Assembly (NCBI RefSeq): GCF_009914755.1
Contig: NC_060929.1
Strand: one strand, 5' to 3'
From: the human T2T-CHM13v2.0 reference genome, Homo sapiens
Length of the DNA: 64,000 bases
Shown here piece by piece: positions 27,940 through 47,161 of the stretch. The stretch's first letter is position 1, and the number at the start of each line of letters is the position of its first letter. A program made the translations under genes and the position numbers. A model generated the notes under the pieces. The model had not been told where the DNA came from, did not search any database, and worked only from the letters and a program-made list of their open reading frames with translations.

Positions 27940-28265
27940 TAGAGCATAACTGCCCAATAGAAGTATAATGCAAGCCACGTAAGTAATCTTTCAAACTTTC
28001 TAGTAGCCACAGTAAGAAAATTTAAAATAAATAGGTAAAATTAATTTAAATAATATATTTAATTTAATGTAACATATATGAAATATTATAATTTCCACAT
28101 ATAATCAATATAAAAAATATTGAGATATTTTATGATTTTTTGGCATTAGGTCTTTAAAATCCTTTGTGTGTTCTACATTTATAGCAAATCCCGATTTGTA
28201 CTAATCTGCATCTCAAGTGCTCAATAGCCACATGTAACTAGTGGCTACCTAAGACAATGTAGCCC
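27940..28265. mobile_element. hAT-Charlie DNA transposon remnant (MER33-like)
   Basis: ctgcccaatagaagtataatgcaagccac...ttctagtagccac ... caagtgctcaatagccacatgtaactagtggctac. Confidence 0.7.
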
Positions 28266-31200
28266 TAGAGAGTTCTAGGAGCTCTTCCCCTCCTCTTCCC
28301 AAGGTTGTTTAATCTGACCCATGCTGACTTCCTATACCAGTTGTTCATCCATTGGGTACTATTTCAAGCACTAGAATTTATTGTTTAGTCCCATTTTTAA
28401 TTCAATATAGTGGATAATTTTCTTATAAGATTGGTTAAAAGAACCAATTATCAAAGGAGATTGTTAAACCTCTTGGAGATATATAAAAATTCCATAATTT
28501 ACATATGATGATCTAAGTATGGTGTTGCAAAACAGAATAAATAGGAAATTATATGTATTTCATTTCTAATCAAATTTTTAATGCCCCATTTCAAAATTTA
28601 AAGGCTAGCAGTTTGTCTTCTGCTTTGAACACAACCAGGCAGAAATCAGAGTAAACATGCTCATGACAGTCAAACTTAAACATCGTCATTAACACACCTG
28701 ATCTTCAGGTACTTGGCCCAACCTTCTCCAATAAAGATGCATTTGCACTAAATTAAAACGAACACTTTCTTTCCTGAAGGTGGCACTGTGAACATGGAAA
28801 GTAATTAGCTCTCTTCACATTATCCAGGATTGTGGGCCTATTTTATCAGATTGAAAAAAAAAAAAATGCAAAATAGGCCAAGCACGGTGGCTCACATCTG
28901 TAATCCCAGCACTTTGAGAGGCCAAGGCAGGAGGATGTTTTGAAGCCAGGAATCAAGACTAGCCTGGGCAACAGAGTGGGACATCATGTCTACGAAAAAT
29001 TTAAATAAAAAAATTAGCCAGGAGCAGTGGTACATGCCTGTAGTCCCAGCTACTTGGGAGGCTGAGGTGAGAGGATCACGACCCTGTCTCAAAAAAAAGA
29101 AAAAAACAAATTATATACATCTCAGTTATTCTGATGTCCTTGATAATTTAAATTGCTATTTTCCTTTCATTTTGATTCTTCTTCCTTCCTTTTTGAGATC
29201 AAATGTATTGTCTATACTAACTGGGCCCATTGACTTTTTGAGTGAGTTTTTATATTAAGATGTTGTTTTCTTTTTTAAAAAAAAAAAACCTAACAGCTAA
29301 AATTTATTGAATGCTGTTTTCAACCACAATACTAAGCACTTTAAATACTTTATAGCATTTTTGTACTTCAGTGGCAAAATGAAGGCAGGAACTATTTTAA
29401 AAGAGTAGTTAATTCCCACAACTCCAACTGACATGATTTTGCTAGGAAAATTTAGAGTTTATAAACTTGTTTCTCTGCTTTTCTTCTGGGACAGCATATA
29501 GGGAGACAAGATATGATGTTTGTCTTTATTAACTAGAGACTTGACTAAGAGCTTTTATTTTGTTACCTGCTACAAAAAAAAAGAAGAAGAAGAAGAAGAA
29601 AAAGAAGAAAAGGAAAAGAAAGGAAGAAATGAAGATCTAATTGGGACATTTTCTGTTTTTTTGTTAACAAACACATACCACCAACCCTCACCAGAATCAG
29701 ATCTAGTTTAGGAAGGCACAAGCCAACTAAAATATTTTGTCATCAACTGTGGGAAGTTTTGACTCAAACAACCTAAAAGTTTGCAGTGACCTTACTGCTC
29801 AATAGGCTAAAATCTTAAACATCCCTCAAAGGTTGAGCCCACATAATTTGAATACATGAATTTGGTGTGTGCCAAAAGTGTGCTATCATTCTCAACTTTC
29901 CTATAGAGATTCTACAACTTTATCGCCTAAATGTTGAGTAAAAAGCAAAACAAAACAAAATAGAAACTTGAATCGCATCACTATTATGGAAAACTTACCC
30001 ATCAGCTGCACCGCCAAATTCTCAGCTCATCATATTTAAATGAAACACTTCCAACTGTGCTTACCCAGTAAGCAAACATACCTGTGTAAATACAGAAGCA
30101 TTTAGCTAACATTTCATACAGTTCAACTTAGCCAGTGGGACATAATTTCAACACAATTATGTTTACATTTTAGTAATAGGATACACAAGGACCTGATTTA
30201 CTAGAGTAAGACAGTGAGGAAAAGCCCTTAAATTCTTCTTTATAAGAAGAAGAAACAAACAGTAGCATACTAGTAAAATGGATAGAATCACATGGCTGGT
30301 AATCCCTTTAGAAGTTTACAAAAATGAGCATAGTGACTATAGGCAGGACTAAACTATCCCGGTCTGCTCTCTCCTCTTTTGAAATGTCGTGATTATAATC
30401 AACTTTAGTTCAGAAAACATTTTTTCTTTAAACAGCACACACGACTGGGGAAATAGATCAATTAGATAACTTCCTCTGGGAGCTCTCAGGCTAGATGGGA
30501 AGAGGAGACATACACAATAATGACCCTAACACTGACACACTGTGAGAGTGATATCATGAAAACACAAGGTCCTATAGGATATTCTTTCTATGTAAATAAA
30601 CATAAATGTAGCCATTCTTAAGCTTTCTCTTCTTAAGGTTAAATAATTTCAATTCCTATTTCCCAATGCTTTGTTTACTGTACACCTCTGAATCCTCAGG
30701 TTTCAATATTTATCTTAGATTATAGAACTCAAAACTGTACCACCATTATAAATGCCCAAAGGCTGAATTTGGGAAGAAATGCTTTACTTCCTTTAGTTTC
30801 CTCGCATTTTCTTCACTTTTGAAATAATTGTAGGGAAAGTTAATGATCCAGTGCATATTTGTTAAATATCCAACCACGAGGTATTGGTTGAATAAATTAC
30901 TCCACGTCTATATAATGAAATCAAGTCATTAAAATATTTCAGAAATAAAAATCATAAAAGAATCATAAATACTATTAGAAGAAAAAGGAGGCACATATCA
31001 GGTTATAATTCTTATTTTAAGTATATATTTGTCTGTATATATACGCAAAGGAGCCTGGATGTTCCCATTAAGTGGGAGAAATATGGGTGTTTTATGTACA
31101 CTTTTGCTTGCAGTTATTCATTTTGTAGCAAGAAAAAAAATAAGATGTTTCACTTGTAATATAATTATCAAAATTAAAGCAAATTTTAGAATCTCAGTTT

Positions 31201-31274
31201 ATTAGCATAAGAGATTTTATCTATGAAATGAAGTATAAATTGTGTGTATGAGAGTATTCTTATATTCTTAGGAC

Positions 31275-31575
<301 letters not shown>

Positions 31576-32354
31576 CATTTTTAGGACTTTTAAGCTAATT
31601 TTAGAAAAAACAAAATGTACCTGCTACATCATAGGCTACTCGTCACAAAAATCAGAACCTAGTCTATGGAGTAAGAAGGACGGGCTGTCTCCTGAATGGT
31701 GTGATTGGAGATTTGCCAGTCCTTTGGATTCTACAGACCCTTTTGGTTTTTAAGATTTCTCTTTTAACATGGACGTTTTCTTGGCTGTGTCCCATTTTTA
31801 AGTGTTATTTATTGGCATCTTAGCAGAAATTAGGTAAAAGCAAGAATCAAATAATGATAAACCCTGGGTATTATGGAGTGGAGGAGAGGTAGAGAGAGTA
31901 ACAAATACGAGGAGGGTTTCGAGGGCCAAAAACAAGCTGCTCAAAACTTTACCGAGGCAGAAGGAATGAAAATTTCCCAAGTACTTGTGTTATCAAGTGA
32001 GAAAATGTGTGTAAGAGTACTTTAAAAATGTTAGAGCACTCTACAAATAATAGCTAACATTTATTAAACTCTACCCATGAATGTACATGGGCTCATTCAC
32101 TAATGCAGTTATGCATAAAGCCTATGTACATGTGCCTATGAATGAAGTAGCTTCTGCCAGTATCTTCATTTTCCAAAGAGGAAACTGAGGCACAGAGAGG
32201 CTTAATAACATACCTACATCCCACAGCTAGTAGATGGCGGACCTAGCAGGAAAACCCAGTGGTCTGCGCCAGAGCACCTCTTAACCACTCGGATACTTTT
32301 TATTGAATGCTGCTGTTAACTAGGTTTTCTTGTCGCTTTCTTCAAAGGCACTAG

Positions 32355-33121
32355 GTTTTTTAAACAGCTTTATTAAGATGTAATTCACAAAGCATAAAAT
32401 TCACACTTTTAAAGTGTACATTTTAATTATTTTTAGTACATTCATAGTTATCCAACCACCACCACAATTAATTTTAGAATATTTTGATCACCCTAAAAGG
32501 AAACCCCTTACCCTTTAGCAGTCACTCTCCATTCTCCCCTCTCCCTATCCCTAGGCAACCACTAATTTATTTTCTGTCTCTATAAATTTGTCTATTCTGC
32601 AACAGTTCACATAAATAGAATTATGCAATATGTGGTCTTTTGTGACTGACTCATTTAGCATAATGTTTCCAAAGTTCGTTCGTGCTGCACCCAATACTTC
32701 ATTCCTTTTTATTGCTGAGTAACATTCTACTGTATGGACATACTACATTTTATTTATCCATCAGTTGATGAAGATTTTAGTTGTTTCCACCTTTTGGCTA
32801 GTATGAATAATCTTCCCATGAATATTGTGCAAAAGCTTTTCTGTGGACTTATGTTTTCATTTCTCTCGGCTAGATACCTAGTAGTAAAATTGCTGGGTCA
32901 TGTAGTGATTCTGTTCAACCTGTTATGGAACTGCCAAGCTGTTTTCCAAAGTAGCGGCACCATTTTGTCTTCCCACCAGCAGTGTATGAGGATTCTAATT
33001 TCCCTGTATCTTGTCAACACTTGTAATTATCTCTTTATTGTAGCCATTCCAGTGAGTATGAGGTGGTATCTTGCTGTGGTTTTGATTTGCGTTTTCCTGA
33101 TAGCTAATGATGTTGAGCATC
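32355..33121 (-). mobile_element. L1M (L1MB-like) 3' region, antisense
   Basis: cagctttattaagatgtaattcaca ... gaggtggtatcttgctgtggttttgatttgc; explains the 144-aa ORF at 32734. Confidence 0.85.
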
Positions 33122-33506
33122 TGCTATGGTTTAAATGTGTCCCCAAAATTCATGTGCTGGAAACTTAATCCTCAATCAACGTTATTGGGAGGTGGGGCCT
33201 TTTGGGAGGTGTTTAGGGCATGAGGGCTCCACCCTCATGAACGGATTAATGCTGCTTTAAAAAGGGGTTACAGGGGCAGTGAGCTCTCTCTCTCTCTCTC
33301 TTCTCTTTTGCCATGTGAGGACACAATGTTCTTCCTCTCTGAAAGACAGAGAACCAAAGTGGCACCTGTGAGCCAGAGACCAAACCCACTAGCACCTTGA
33401 TCTTGAACTTCCCCAGCCTCAGAACTGTGAGAGAATAAATTTCTGCCCTTTATAAATTACCCAGTTTGTAGTATTCTGTTAATGCAGCATAAAATGAATG
33501 AAAACA
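33122..33506 (+). mobile_element. MaLR solo LTR (MST/MLT1A-like) inserted in the L1
   Basis: Begins TG(ctatggtttaaatgtgtcccc), ends CA, internal AATAAA, 5-bp target duplication GCATC on both sides. Confidence 0.88.
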
Positions 33507-35122
33507 GCATCTTTTTCAAAGACACTATGTTTTGGTTATTTCCAAAACATGGCAAACAAAACTTGAACTGATAATAATATGGGAAAGACCCTAACCTAGG
33601 AAAGATCAAGTTCCTGACACTAGGATCCTGGTCTCTTTCATCTTGGAGACATTCTCAGCACAAAGCACCATTTGTACACAGTAAAATTAGTTATTCCTTG
33701 TTTGTTGAATTATACTCCTGATGTTCTTTTGTAAGTCAATTGCACTTTCCTACACAGTTCATTTTAAGTAGTACTTAACTTCTGAAATTAGTCCACAAAA
33801 GCCTTTTTAACCTATAATGTAGCAGAGCCATGGTATTAGTAACACAAGTCTGAGTCCTAGGTCCTATTAACAGAGCAATGCAGTATAGGAGAGTGCAGGA
33901 GAAGCAGAACTTTTTCAAACCTCTCCTACCTTGGGCAAAGGGCCAACCCTAGGGGGAAATACTTTGACTTTTTTACTGATGCATAAAATACATAAAGTGC
34001 ACTAATCTTAAGTGTATAGCCTGGTGAATTTTTCATATGAATACACCTGTGTAATCATCTTCCAAATAAAGACATAGAACATTTCCACCACCCCAGAGAG
34101 TTTCCTCATTCTCTTTTCCCAGTCACTACCTCTCACCATAGGTCATGCGACTCTGAGCTCAACACCCCAGCGAAAACTTTATATATCATTTATTTTTGCC
34201 ACCCTCCCACCTCTGCTTCTGGACCCCTTTCTGTTGTTATCTTGGAGGATAGAATTGTCATGTTTTTCACAGCTCTGTCCCGACTTGTCCTGTCTCCCAA
34301 AGTACTTCAGGGGCCAAGTGTCCCGTCTCCCTTCCCTTTAGTCAAAACTCTCATCCTTTTGGTGATACAGTTTTTCCCAAGCAGACTGTGAGCTCCTCAG
34401 GGCCAGGGACTCTACTTTCCCTGACTTCAGGCACAGACTTGTTTAGTGTGCCTGTCAAATAAATAAACAAATGCATATGACCTTGGGTAGGTAGAAGCAG
34501 GAAAGCAACCCAGCATATCAAAATTGCACTGAATCCTGAATGCTACACTGTCCTATATTCATCCCAGAAATCATCAAAGAAGCTGCTTATTCATGGGGAG
34601 GGAGTTCATGTTGAATAAGTGGAATAAAGGAGTCAAATGCTATGAACTGGATGATTATAACTATGAGAAAAATTAAACCAAAGGTTATAAAAAAGCAGAA
34701 TAAATCCACCAAAGTATGAACAATGGAATATTTGGAAGGTAAAACTACAGGTAATTCTCATTTTCTAAAACTAAATTAATGAACACTTACAACTGATATA
34801 ATAGGAAAAAAACATATTGTAAATGAGGCTACTTATTAACCCAAATTATTCTCTAATCAAAGGAAGGTCAGACCATGTATCTAAGTGAAATGAAAAGATT
34901 TGGGGGAAGACATAGGAGTAGGGCAGGAGACTTCCCTGGTTTGCATCAGCTGTCCTAATCTAATTCTGTTTTTTACAGTTCTTTGCCCAATTCCATTTTT
35001 GAATCTGAAAATGACCAAATGCCCACCTGTTTCTGCACATGAATTCATTTTACAAGTTGAAGATGCCCTGGGCTATAGTAATAATAGAGATATTCTATAC
35101 TTTTATTTAAAAGATAAAATTA

Positions 35123-35462
<340 letters not shown>

Positions 35463-37105
35463 TTAAAATCCATTTTTAAATACCTTAGATGTTCTCTTTG
35501 TATAGAAAGTTAGAGGGATCACTAAAGCAATTTTCAGAATTTTGTACATCAAAAATTGCTTTTACTGGAAACATCCAGAAAACAAATTGCCTCAATTCTC
35601 AATTTCACTTTGCATGCAAATAAATAGTCTTAGTCTGTCCAATTTTACAATGAATTTTTTTTTCTTAGACAGGGTCTTGCTCTGTCACCCAGGTTACAGT
35701 GCAGTGGTGCAATCTCAGCTCACTAAACCCTCGACCTCCCAGACTCAAACGATCCTCCTGCCTCACTTGCTTCCATCAGTTGTTCTAGTGCACAAAAATA
35801 AAATTGCCTATTTTGAAAATAATAATAAAATCTTAAAACCAAGATAACCACGTATTTTCAAATGTCGTTTTACTTACTTACTTATAGCAATCATTAGTTT
35901 GCTTTGAAAGAAAAAGAAAATGTTTTCTGCTTTCTAATAACCCTACCGTCTTTTAGATTCATAAGGATTTTCTATGAATTTATCTATGATCATAGAAGCT
36001 GTAAGCCTAGAAGGGCCCAGCCTCTTTCTGTCCTTTCAGAGGGAACAAACCCAAAGAAGGAGTTTACTAAAGTACATGATCTCCTAAATAATGAAAAAGA
36101 ATATTTCAGGTAATGTTGAGCCTGAAAGATTCTGTTTTTCTGAACTAAAGCCAAGACAATTTATAAAACTTCTTGTCATGCAGCAGTGATAATATACTAA
36201 GGACTGTGTTATAGAAGATATACATAAATATTAATAAGTACTTCCAAGTAGAATACAATTAAAGGATTGGGAGGCTGAGGTGGGAGGATTGCCTAAGCCC
36301 AGGAGTTCAAGGCTGCAGTGAGTTATGATGGCACCACTGTACTACAGCCTGGGTGACAGAGCAAGAGTCTGTCTCTGAAAAAAAATTGATTAATTAATTA
36401 AAGGAGAATCACATCACCTAAATGTCCTACATCATACCAATTTACATAATAGAAAGTGAGAACAGAAACAGCCCACACCACGGATTATAACTAATGAAGT
36501 CTCCCTAGTTGAGGTGGAAAGTCTGTATTTGAAAGACTGAACCATAGAGCAACTGACCACAGACCAAAAATCCAGCAATTGGCCTATCAATTCAGACACA
36601 AATAACTAGTCAATTTCAAATGGTCTATCAGAGAATACAGAAATAGGCCAGGGAATGGTATTGACTAAAGAAATGTTTCAAAGAAGAGGATCGATCAAGA
36701 GCAGGTGATATTCAGCAGTTCTGGTCCAGGGCTTTGTCATCACCCTCATGGGAAATAACTGGTTAAATAACTGCAAACACACACTGAGGCTATCAGCCCT
36801 TCTTCATCTGCTGTATTCATGCATCTACTTGTTTGTAAATTATACATGATTTATTTTATAGAGTGTTATTTTCCAGTCAATCAGCCTTCTTTATAATCTG
36901 TCAAGGTAAAACAATCTCTTCGGTATTTTTAAGGAGAAGCATTTGAAATGAGTTGACTCAACAAGTATTCATAGATACTATCCTAGGCAAGACCTTATGT
37001 TCAGTCAAAATCTTCCCACTATAACTGTACCTCCAAAAATTAATTAACCTAAGCTGAGAGACTATTAGACCTCTTAATAAACCACTAGTTACCCAATTAA
37101 TTTAA

Positions 37106-38450
<1,345 letters not shown>

Positions 38451-41400
38451 GCTATTTTCATTATTCATTTAACAACTTTGAATTCATTTAAAATTCCCAC
38501 AGTAGTAAGTTTAACACATAGCTCCATTTCTTCAACCTTCCTTTTTACCCCAAGCTCCTCTGCCACTTGCACTTTTCTCTCCCTCCTCTCCACGTAGCAG
38601 AGTAGATACTCCATTCCTGGTGTACACCTGTTATGGTTAAGCCACTTACTGTGGAGTATTTACTTTCAAGACTAGGTATCAGCAAAACTTTCCAAATTTA
38701 AATGCAAACATGTCTTGTTTTCAATCCAGAGAGAAAAGAACTTAAAGCTAAAGTTCCTCTAAGTAGTAACACCTGTACTTTCTCTATTTGTTGTCAGATT
38801 TGTAGTTGCCATTTGCTTTGTTCAATACTGGTGCTCATCCTGCTTTCCAACTAACATACTAATTTTACTTTGTAGTTTTTGCTCTTTGGTGGTTTCCTAA
38901 GCATTGCAGAAAACCCTAGCTGTAATTTCTCCCCTTCAGTCTAAAGTATGTATAATGTTCATTATGCAAAGACAGGGGAAAGTTTAAACTAGAGATCAAA
39001 AACGAGAAAAAACTAGGGGAATATTTTTTCTTAAAAGTCTTACAATTTACAAAGAGATAATTAAATGTAACAAGGCCCAGTGAAGTGGGATCAAAGCTAA
39101 GAATCAATTGTAGAGGCAGCTCATCCACTGATCTGCTGTAAGAACTTAGTAAGGGCTCTTAACCACCTTGTTCCTTCATCTGTAAAACAAGGCTAATGGC
39201 CATAGCCCACAGGCTAAACTACTTCTTTATAACAAAGAAGTATAGAGAATTTGGCATTTAAGTAAAAGCCAAATATTAGTCAAAATGAAAGCAAATAAAA
39301 TGAACATCATTCTGCTTAATTAATTGTGGCATAAAGAAAAGACATATCACTTTAGATTTAGAAATAATATTGAACCTTACAGAGCAAGATCATTTTTACT
39401 GCTTTATTGAACCTAAAAAGAAAAGAGCAGTTATAGAAAGATGACAGATAGATAGATAGACAGCATTACAATATAAATGTTATGGGGAATAAGACACAAA
39501 TTTCCCTTGCAGAATGCCAAACAATTTATGTGGACATTCTGCTCCCCACAAATGCAGGGTGCACATAGTGACCTCCTTCCAAAGAGTACAGTATGGGGTG
39601 TGGGGAGGAGTATTTTTATGGTGGAAAATCTGACAAATATTATATCACCTATGTCACATCAGCCAGGTGATCAAGGTCAGCATCAAGTCATAAATCGTGT
39701 TGATGTAACCTTGCTATAATATGATTGTTCTCCAAAAAATATATAATCTCACTCCAATCATGAGAAAACACATCAGACAAATTTTACCAGAGGGGAATCC
39801 CACAATATACCTGATCAGTACTTTTCAAACTGTCAAGGACAACAACAACAGCAACAAAAAAGTGTTAGAAACTGTCACAACCAAGAGGGTCCAAGGAGAC
39901 ATGACAACTGAATGTAATTGGTATCTTGGGTGAAAACCCAGAATACAAAAGGACATTGGGTAAAGACTGAGGAAATCTGAATAAAGTATGGGCTTCTGTT
40001 AATAATAATGTATAAATATTCTTTCATTAATTATACCATACTAATGTAAGATAAGTGTTTATATTAGTACATTACTAATACAATGTAATAATATGGGAAA
40101 CTGTGTGCAGGGGTATATATGAGAATTCTCTGTGCTTTTTGTCAATTTTTCCATTAATCTAAAACTGCTCTGAAAAATAAAGCCTGTTTAAAAGTATATA
40201 TAAATGTTATATGTGTCAAACCAAACTAAATTATGTCAAAATGTCATAGTCCAAATTCTACAGATAATGTCTATCTATTCAGCTCATTTATGTCTGTATG
40301 TAGTTGATACCAAAGTAAAGTAAGAGAATATTAAGTAAAGCAAAAGATTATTAAGTTAACCATCTCAGTCAGATGCAGGATGTGCACTAAACATCTGTGT
40401 GACTGGCTCCTTTTAAAAGTTTTCAAAAGATTTAGCCAGGCACAGTGGCTTGTTCCTGTAATCCCAGCCACTCAGAAGGCTGAGATGAGAGGTCCACTTG
40501 AGGCCACGATGTTGAGACTAGCCGGGACAACATAGCAAGACAATTGTCTGTAAAAAAAAAAAAAAAAAAAAAAAAGGTTTCAAAAGATTTAATATTGTGT
40601 TTAGAGAAATTAGCTTGGCTGAAATAAGAATAAAACCACATTCACCAGTTTTCTTTCTTCTTCCTTTCTGATCTTTATGACTTTTATTTCTTTTCCTTGC
40701 CTTATTAAACTGGCTAGAATTCCAGTATACTGTTGGCTAGAAATGGTGAGCATGGGTATCCTTTCACCATTAGCCACCGTGTTAGCTGTATTTTTTTTGT
40801 AAATGCTGTTCATCAGAGTGAGGAAGTTCCCTTCTATAAATAGTTTTCTGAGAATTTGTATGGGGGGGATACCCTGGATTGTTGGGTTTATAACTTACAA
40901 TGATGAAATATATATGACAACGGTAGCAGAAAGATGATGGGATGATCAATAGAATTATAGTGTTAAAAGTTTTGTAGATTTTGCCTGAAGTCATTCAATA
41001 TCAACTCTAAGTAGATTGTGAGAAATTGAAGATGCAGATTTTAATCCCTATGTCAGGAACCACTAAAAAAGTGATGCAAAGAGACATAACTGAAAGATAT
41101 GCATATACAATAGAGAAATTAAAATAGAATGCTAAGAAAACATTTTATTAAAACAAAAAAAAAAGGGCAGACAAAAAGAAACCAACCAATTGAAAGCAAA
41201 TGGCAAAATGGCAGACCTAAATCTACCTATAACAAGTTATATTAAATGTAAATAAACTAAACACTACAATTAAAAGTCTGAGATTGCCAGACTGGATTTA
41301 AAAAGCTGTAATCCCAGCACTTTGGGAAGCCAAGCCGGGAGGATAGCTTGGGCCCAGGAGTTTGAGACTAGCCTGGGCAACACAGGGAGACACCCCATCT

Positions 41401-43383
41401 CCACAAAAAATCAGCCAGCTGTGGTGGAACACACCTGTACTACCACTCCAGAGGCAAAGGCAGGAGGGTCACTTGGAGGCTGAGGCCACAGTAAGCTGTG
41501 ACTGTACCACTGCACTTCAGCAACAAAATGAGATCCTGTCTCAAAAAAAAAAAAACACCTCAGTATGTGCTCTCTGTAGAAGTACTTTAAATACAAAGAT
41601 AAATTGAAAGTAAAACAAGAGAAAAAGATATATCATACATACAATATGCATAAGAAAGCAGAGATAACTATATTAATACCAGGCAAAATAAACTTTGAGA
41701 CAAAGATATTACTATAGACTTCATAAGAGTCAATACCTTAAAATATATATAACATTTATAAATAAATGTGTGTCTAATAATAGACTTTATTACAATACAT
41801 GAAGTAAAAATTCATAGAACAAAAGAAAGAGACAATTCCACAGTTATAGTTGGGGATCTTAATAGTATTTGATAAGACAAAAAAGTAGTAAGAATATAGA
41901 AAATTTGGACAATAATATCAACCAGCTTAATCTAATTGACGTTTAAAGATGACTATACCTTGGGCCTGGATGTGGTGGCTTACCCATGTAATCCCAACAT
42001 TTTGGGAGGCCAAGGTAGAAGAATTGCTTGAAGCTAGAAATTCAATACCAGCCTGGACGATAAAGTGAGAACCTGACTCTATGAAAAAATTTAAAAATAA
42101 AAAAATTAGTTGGGTATGGTGGTGGTGGTGGTGGTGGTGTATGCCTGTAGTCCCAGCTACTCAAGAGGTTGAGGTGGGAGAATCACTTGAGCCCAGAGGT
42201 TTGAGTTTACGGTGAGCTATGATTACACCACTGCACTCCAGCCTGGATGAGAGAGTGAGACCCTGTCTCTAAAAAACAAAACAAAACACAAAAGGCAGAA
42301 AAAGAACGGAAGAACAAAGTGGAAACAAAGAAGAAGGGCAACAAATAGAAAACAGTAACAATTACAGTAGCTATTAATCCAACCACATTGATAATCATTT
42401 TAAATGTCAGTGGTCTAAATACACTAATTAAAATATAGATTGTCAGAGTGGATCAAAAAACAAGACCTAACTATATGTTGTCTACATAAACCTACTTTAA
42501 ATATAAAGACATATATAGATTAAAAGGGGATGGAGAAAGATATACCATGCTACCACAATCAAAAGGGAGAGTATAGTCAACCAATATTTGACAAGGATGC
42601 CAAAAATACTCAGTGGAAAAGAATAGCCTCTGCAATAACTAGTGCTGGGAAAACTGAATATCCACATGCAAAAGAATGAAATCAGACTCTTACCTTATAC
42701 CACTCATAAAAATTAACTCAAAATGGATTAAAGAGTTAAATGTAAGACCTGAAAGTCTAAAAATCCTTTTAAAAATATTGGAAAATCTCCTTGATATTGG
42801 TCTTGGCAATGACTTTTTGGATATAACACCAAAAGCACAGGCAACAAAAGCAAAAACAAATAAGCGGGGACTAAAAAGCATTTGCACAGCAAAGGAAGCA
42901 ATCAACAAAATGAAAAGGCAACCTATGGAAATGGGAGAAAATCTTTGCAAACCATATATCTGATAAGGGATTAATATCCAAAATATATAAAGAACTCATA
43001 CAACTCAATAACAAAAACACAAATAATCTGATTTTAAAGTGGGCCAGGGATCTAAAAGGACATTTCTCCTTTTCCTGTCCAACAAGCACAGGAAAAGATG
43101 TTCAACATCACTAATCACCAGGGAAATGCAAATCAAAACCACAGTGAGATATTATCAAAAAGAGAAAAGATAACAAATGTTGGTGAGGATGTGGAGAAAA
43201 GGGAACCCTTGTACACTGCTGGTGGCAATGTAAATTGGTACAGGAATTATGGAAAACAGTGTGGAGAGGTCCTCAAAAAATTAAAAATAGGCCAGGTGCG
43301 GCAGCTCACGCCTGTAATCCCAGCACTTTGGGAGGCCGAGGCAGGCGGATCAGGAGGTCAGGAGATCGAGACCATCCTGGCTA

Positions 43384-43608
<225 letters not shown>

Positions 43609-43752
43609 TCAGAAACCCCTTTTCTGGATATATAATCTAAAGGAAAAGAAATCAGTAGCTGGGGCCAGGTGTGGAGGCTCACACTTGTAATCGCAGCACT
43701 TTGAGAGGCCGAGGGCGGGTGGGGGCAGGTGGATCACAAGGTCAGGAGTTCA

Positions 43753-44400
<648 letters not shown>

Positions 44401-45126
44401 TTATTCAGCTGTAAAAAAGAACATCCTGCCATTTGTGACAACATGGATAAATCTGGAGGACATTATGCTAAGAAATAAGCCAAACACAGAAAGACAAATA
44501 CTGCATGATCTCACTTATATGTGGAATCTTTAAAAGTTGAACAAATTAGGGAAGAGGAAACAAAATTGTCTTTGTTTGCAGGTGATAAGATTATCTGTGT
44601 AGAAAATCTGAAAGAATTGACAAAAAAAACCCTCTTGCAACCAATAAACAATTATAGCAAGGCTGCAGGATACAAGGTTAATATTCAAAAGTTAATTGCT
44701 TTCTAATATACTAGCAATGAACAAGATGCAATAAACAAGTGGAATTTGAAATTAATAACACAATATCGTTACTTTAGCACCCAAAATACATACAAGATCT
44801 TCAAGAGGAAGACTACAATACTTGGATGAAAGAAATCAATAAAGAACTAAATAAACAGAGAGATATCCTATGTTTAAGGTTAGGAAGACTCAATATTGCC
44901 AAGATGTCAGTTCTTCCCAAGTACTGAGAAGATTCAACTATTAATCTATAGATTCAATGCAATTTCAATCAAAATGTCAACAGCTATTTTGTAGATATCA
45001 ACATACTAATTATAAAGTTTATAAGGATACAAAAGATGCACAACAGGCAACACAATATTGAAGAAGATAAAGCTGGAGGACCAACACTACCCATATTCAA
45101 GACTTACTATAATATTACAGTAATCA

Positions 45127-45504
<378 letters not shown>

Positions 45505-45863
45505 CTAAAAATAGATCCACAGAAATATAGTCAACTGATCTTTGACAAAGGAGCAAAGGCAACACAATGGAGAAAAGACAGTCTTTTCAACCAATGGTGC
45601 TGGCACAACTAGACATCTATGCAAAAAAAGTAATCTAGTCACAAACTGTACATACTTTACAAAATCAATTCAAAATGGATCATACTTCTAAAGTAAAATG
45701 CAAAACTATAAAACTCCTGGAAGATAGCATGGGAGAAAATCTAAATGATATTGAGTTTGGCAATGATGTCTTAGATACAATACCAAAGGGATGGTCCATG
45801 AAAGAAAGAATTGGTAGGTTAAACTTCATTAAAATTAAAATTTCTGCCAGGTGCAGTGGCTCA

Positions 45864-46124
<261 letters not shown>

Positions 46125-46901
46125 TTAAAATTAAAATTAAAATTAAAATTAAAATTTCTGCTCTGTTAAAGACACTGTCTACAGAATAAAAATACAAGTC
46201 ACAGATTTGGAGAAAATGTTTACAAAGGACATATCGGATAAAGAATTGTTATCCAAAATATAGGTAGAACTCTTAAAACTGAACAATAAGAAACCCTAAT
46301 TTAAAAATTAGCAGAAGACTTTAACAGACATCTCAGCAAAAAAAAAACCACAGATGGCAAATATGCATATAAAAAGATGCTCCACCTCATATGTCATCAG
46401 GGAAACACAAATTGAAACAATAATGTGATACAACTACACACCTAGTAGATTGGCTAAAATCCAGAACACTGACAATACCAAATGCTGGAGAGGATGTGGA
46501 GCAACAGGAACAACAGGAACACTCATCCATTGCTCGTATGAATGCAAAATTGTAGAGTCATTGTGGAAGACAGCTTGGCACTTTCTTACGAAACTGAATA
46601 TACTCTTATCATACAATCCAGCAATCACATTTCTTGGTTTTATTCAAAAGAATTGAACACTTATGTCCACACAAAAACATGCACACAGATGTTTATATCA
46701 GCTTTATTCGAAATCAAAATTGCCACACTTGGAAGCAACCAAGATATCCTTCATTTGGTGAATCGATAAACTGTGGTATATCTTAATGGGATAATGGGAT
46801 ATTATTCAGCACTAAGGAAATGAGCTATCAAGTCATGAAAAGACATGGAGGAAACATAAATGCATATTACTAAATATGCCAGCTGTGGTGGCTCACGCCT
46901 A

Positions 46902-47153
<252 letters not shown>

Positions 47154-47161
47154 TCAAAAGT

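Noticed and set aside
32734-33168. 144-aa hydrophobic ORF
   Set aside because: Antisense translation of an old L1 running into an LTR
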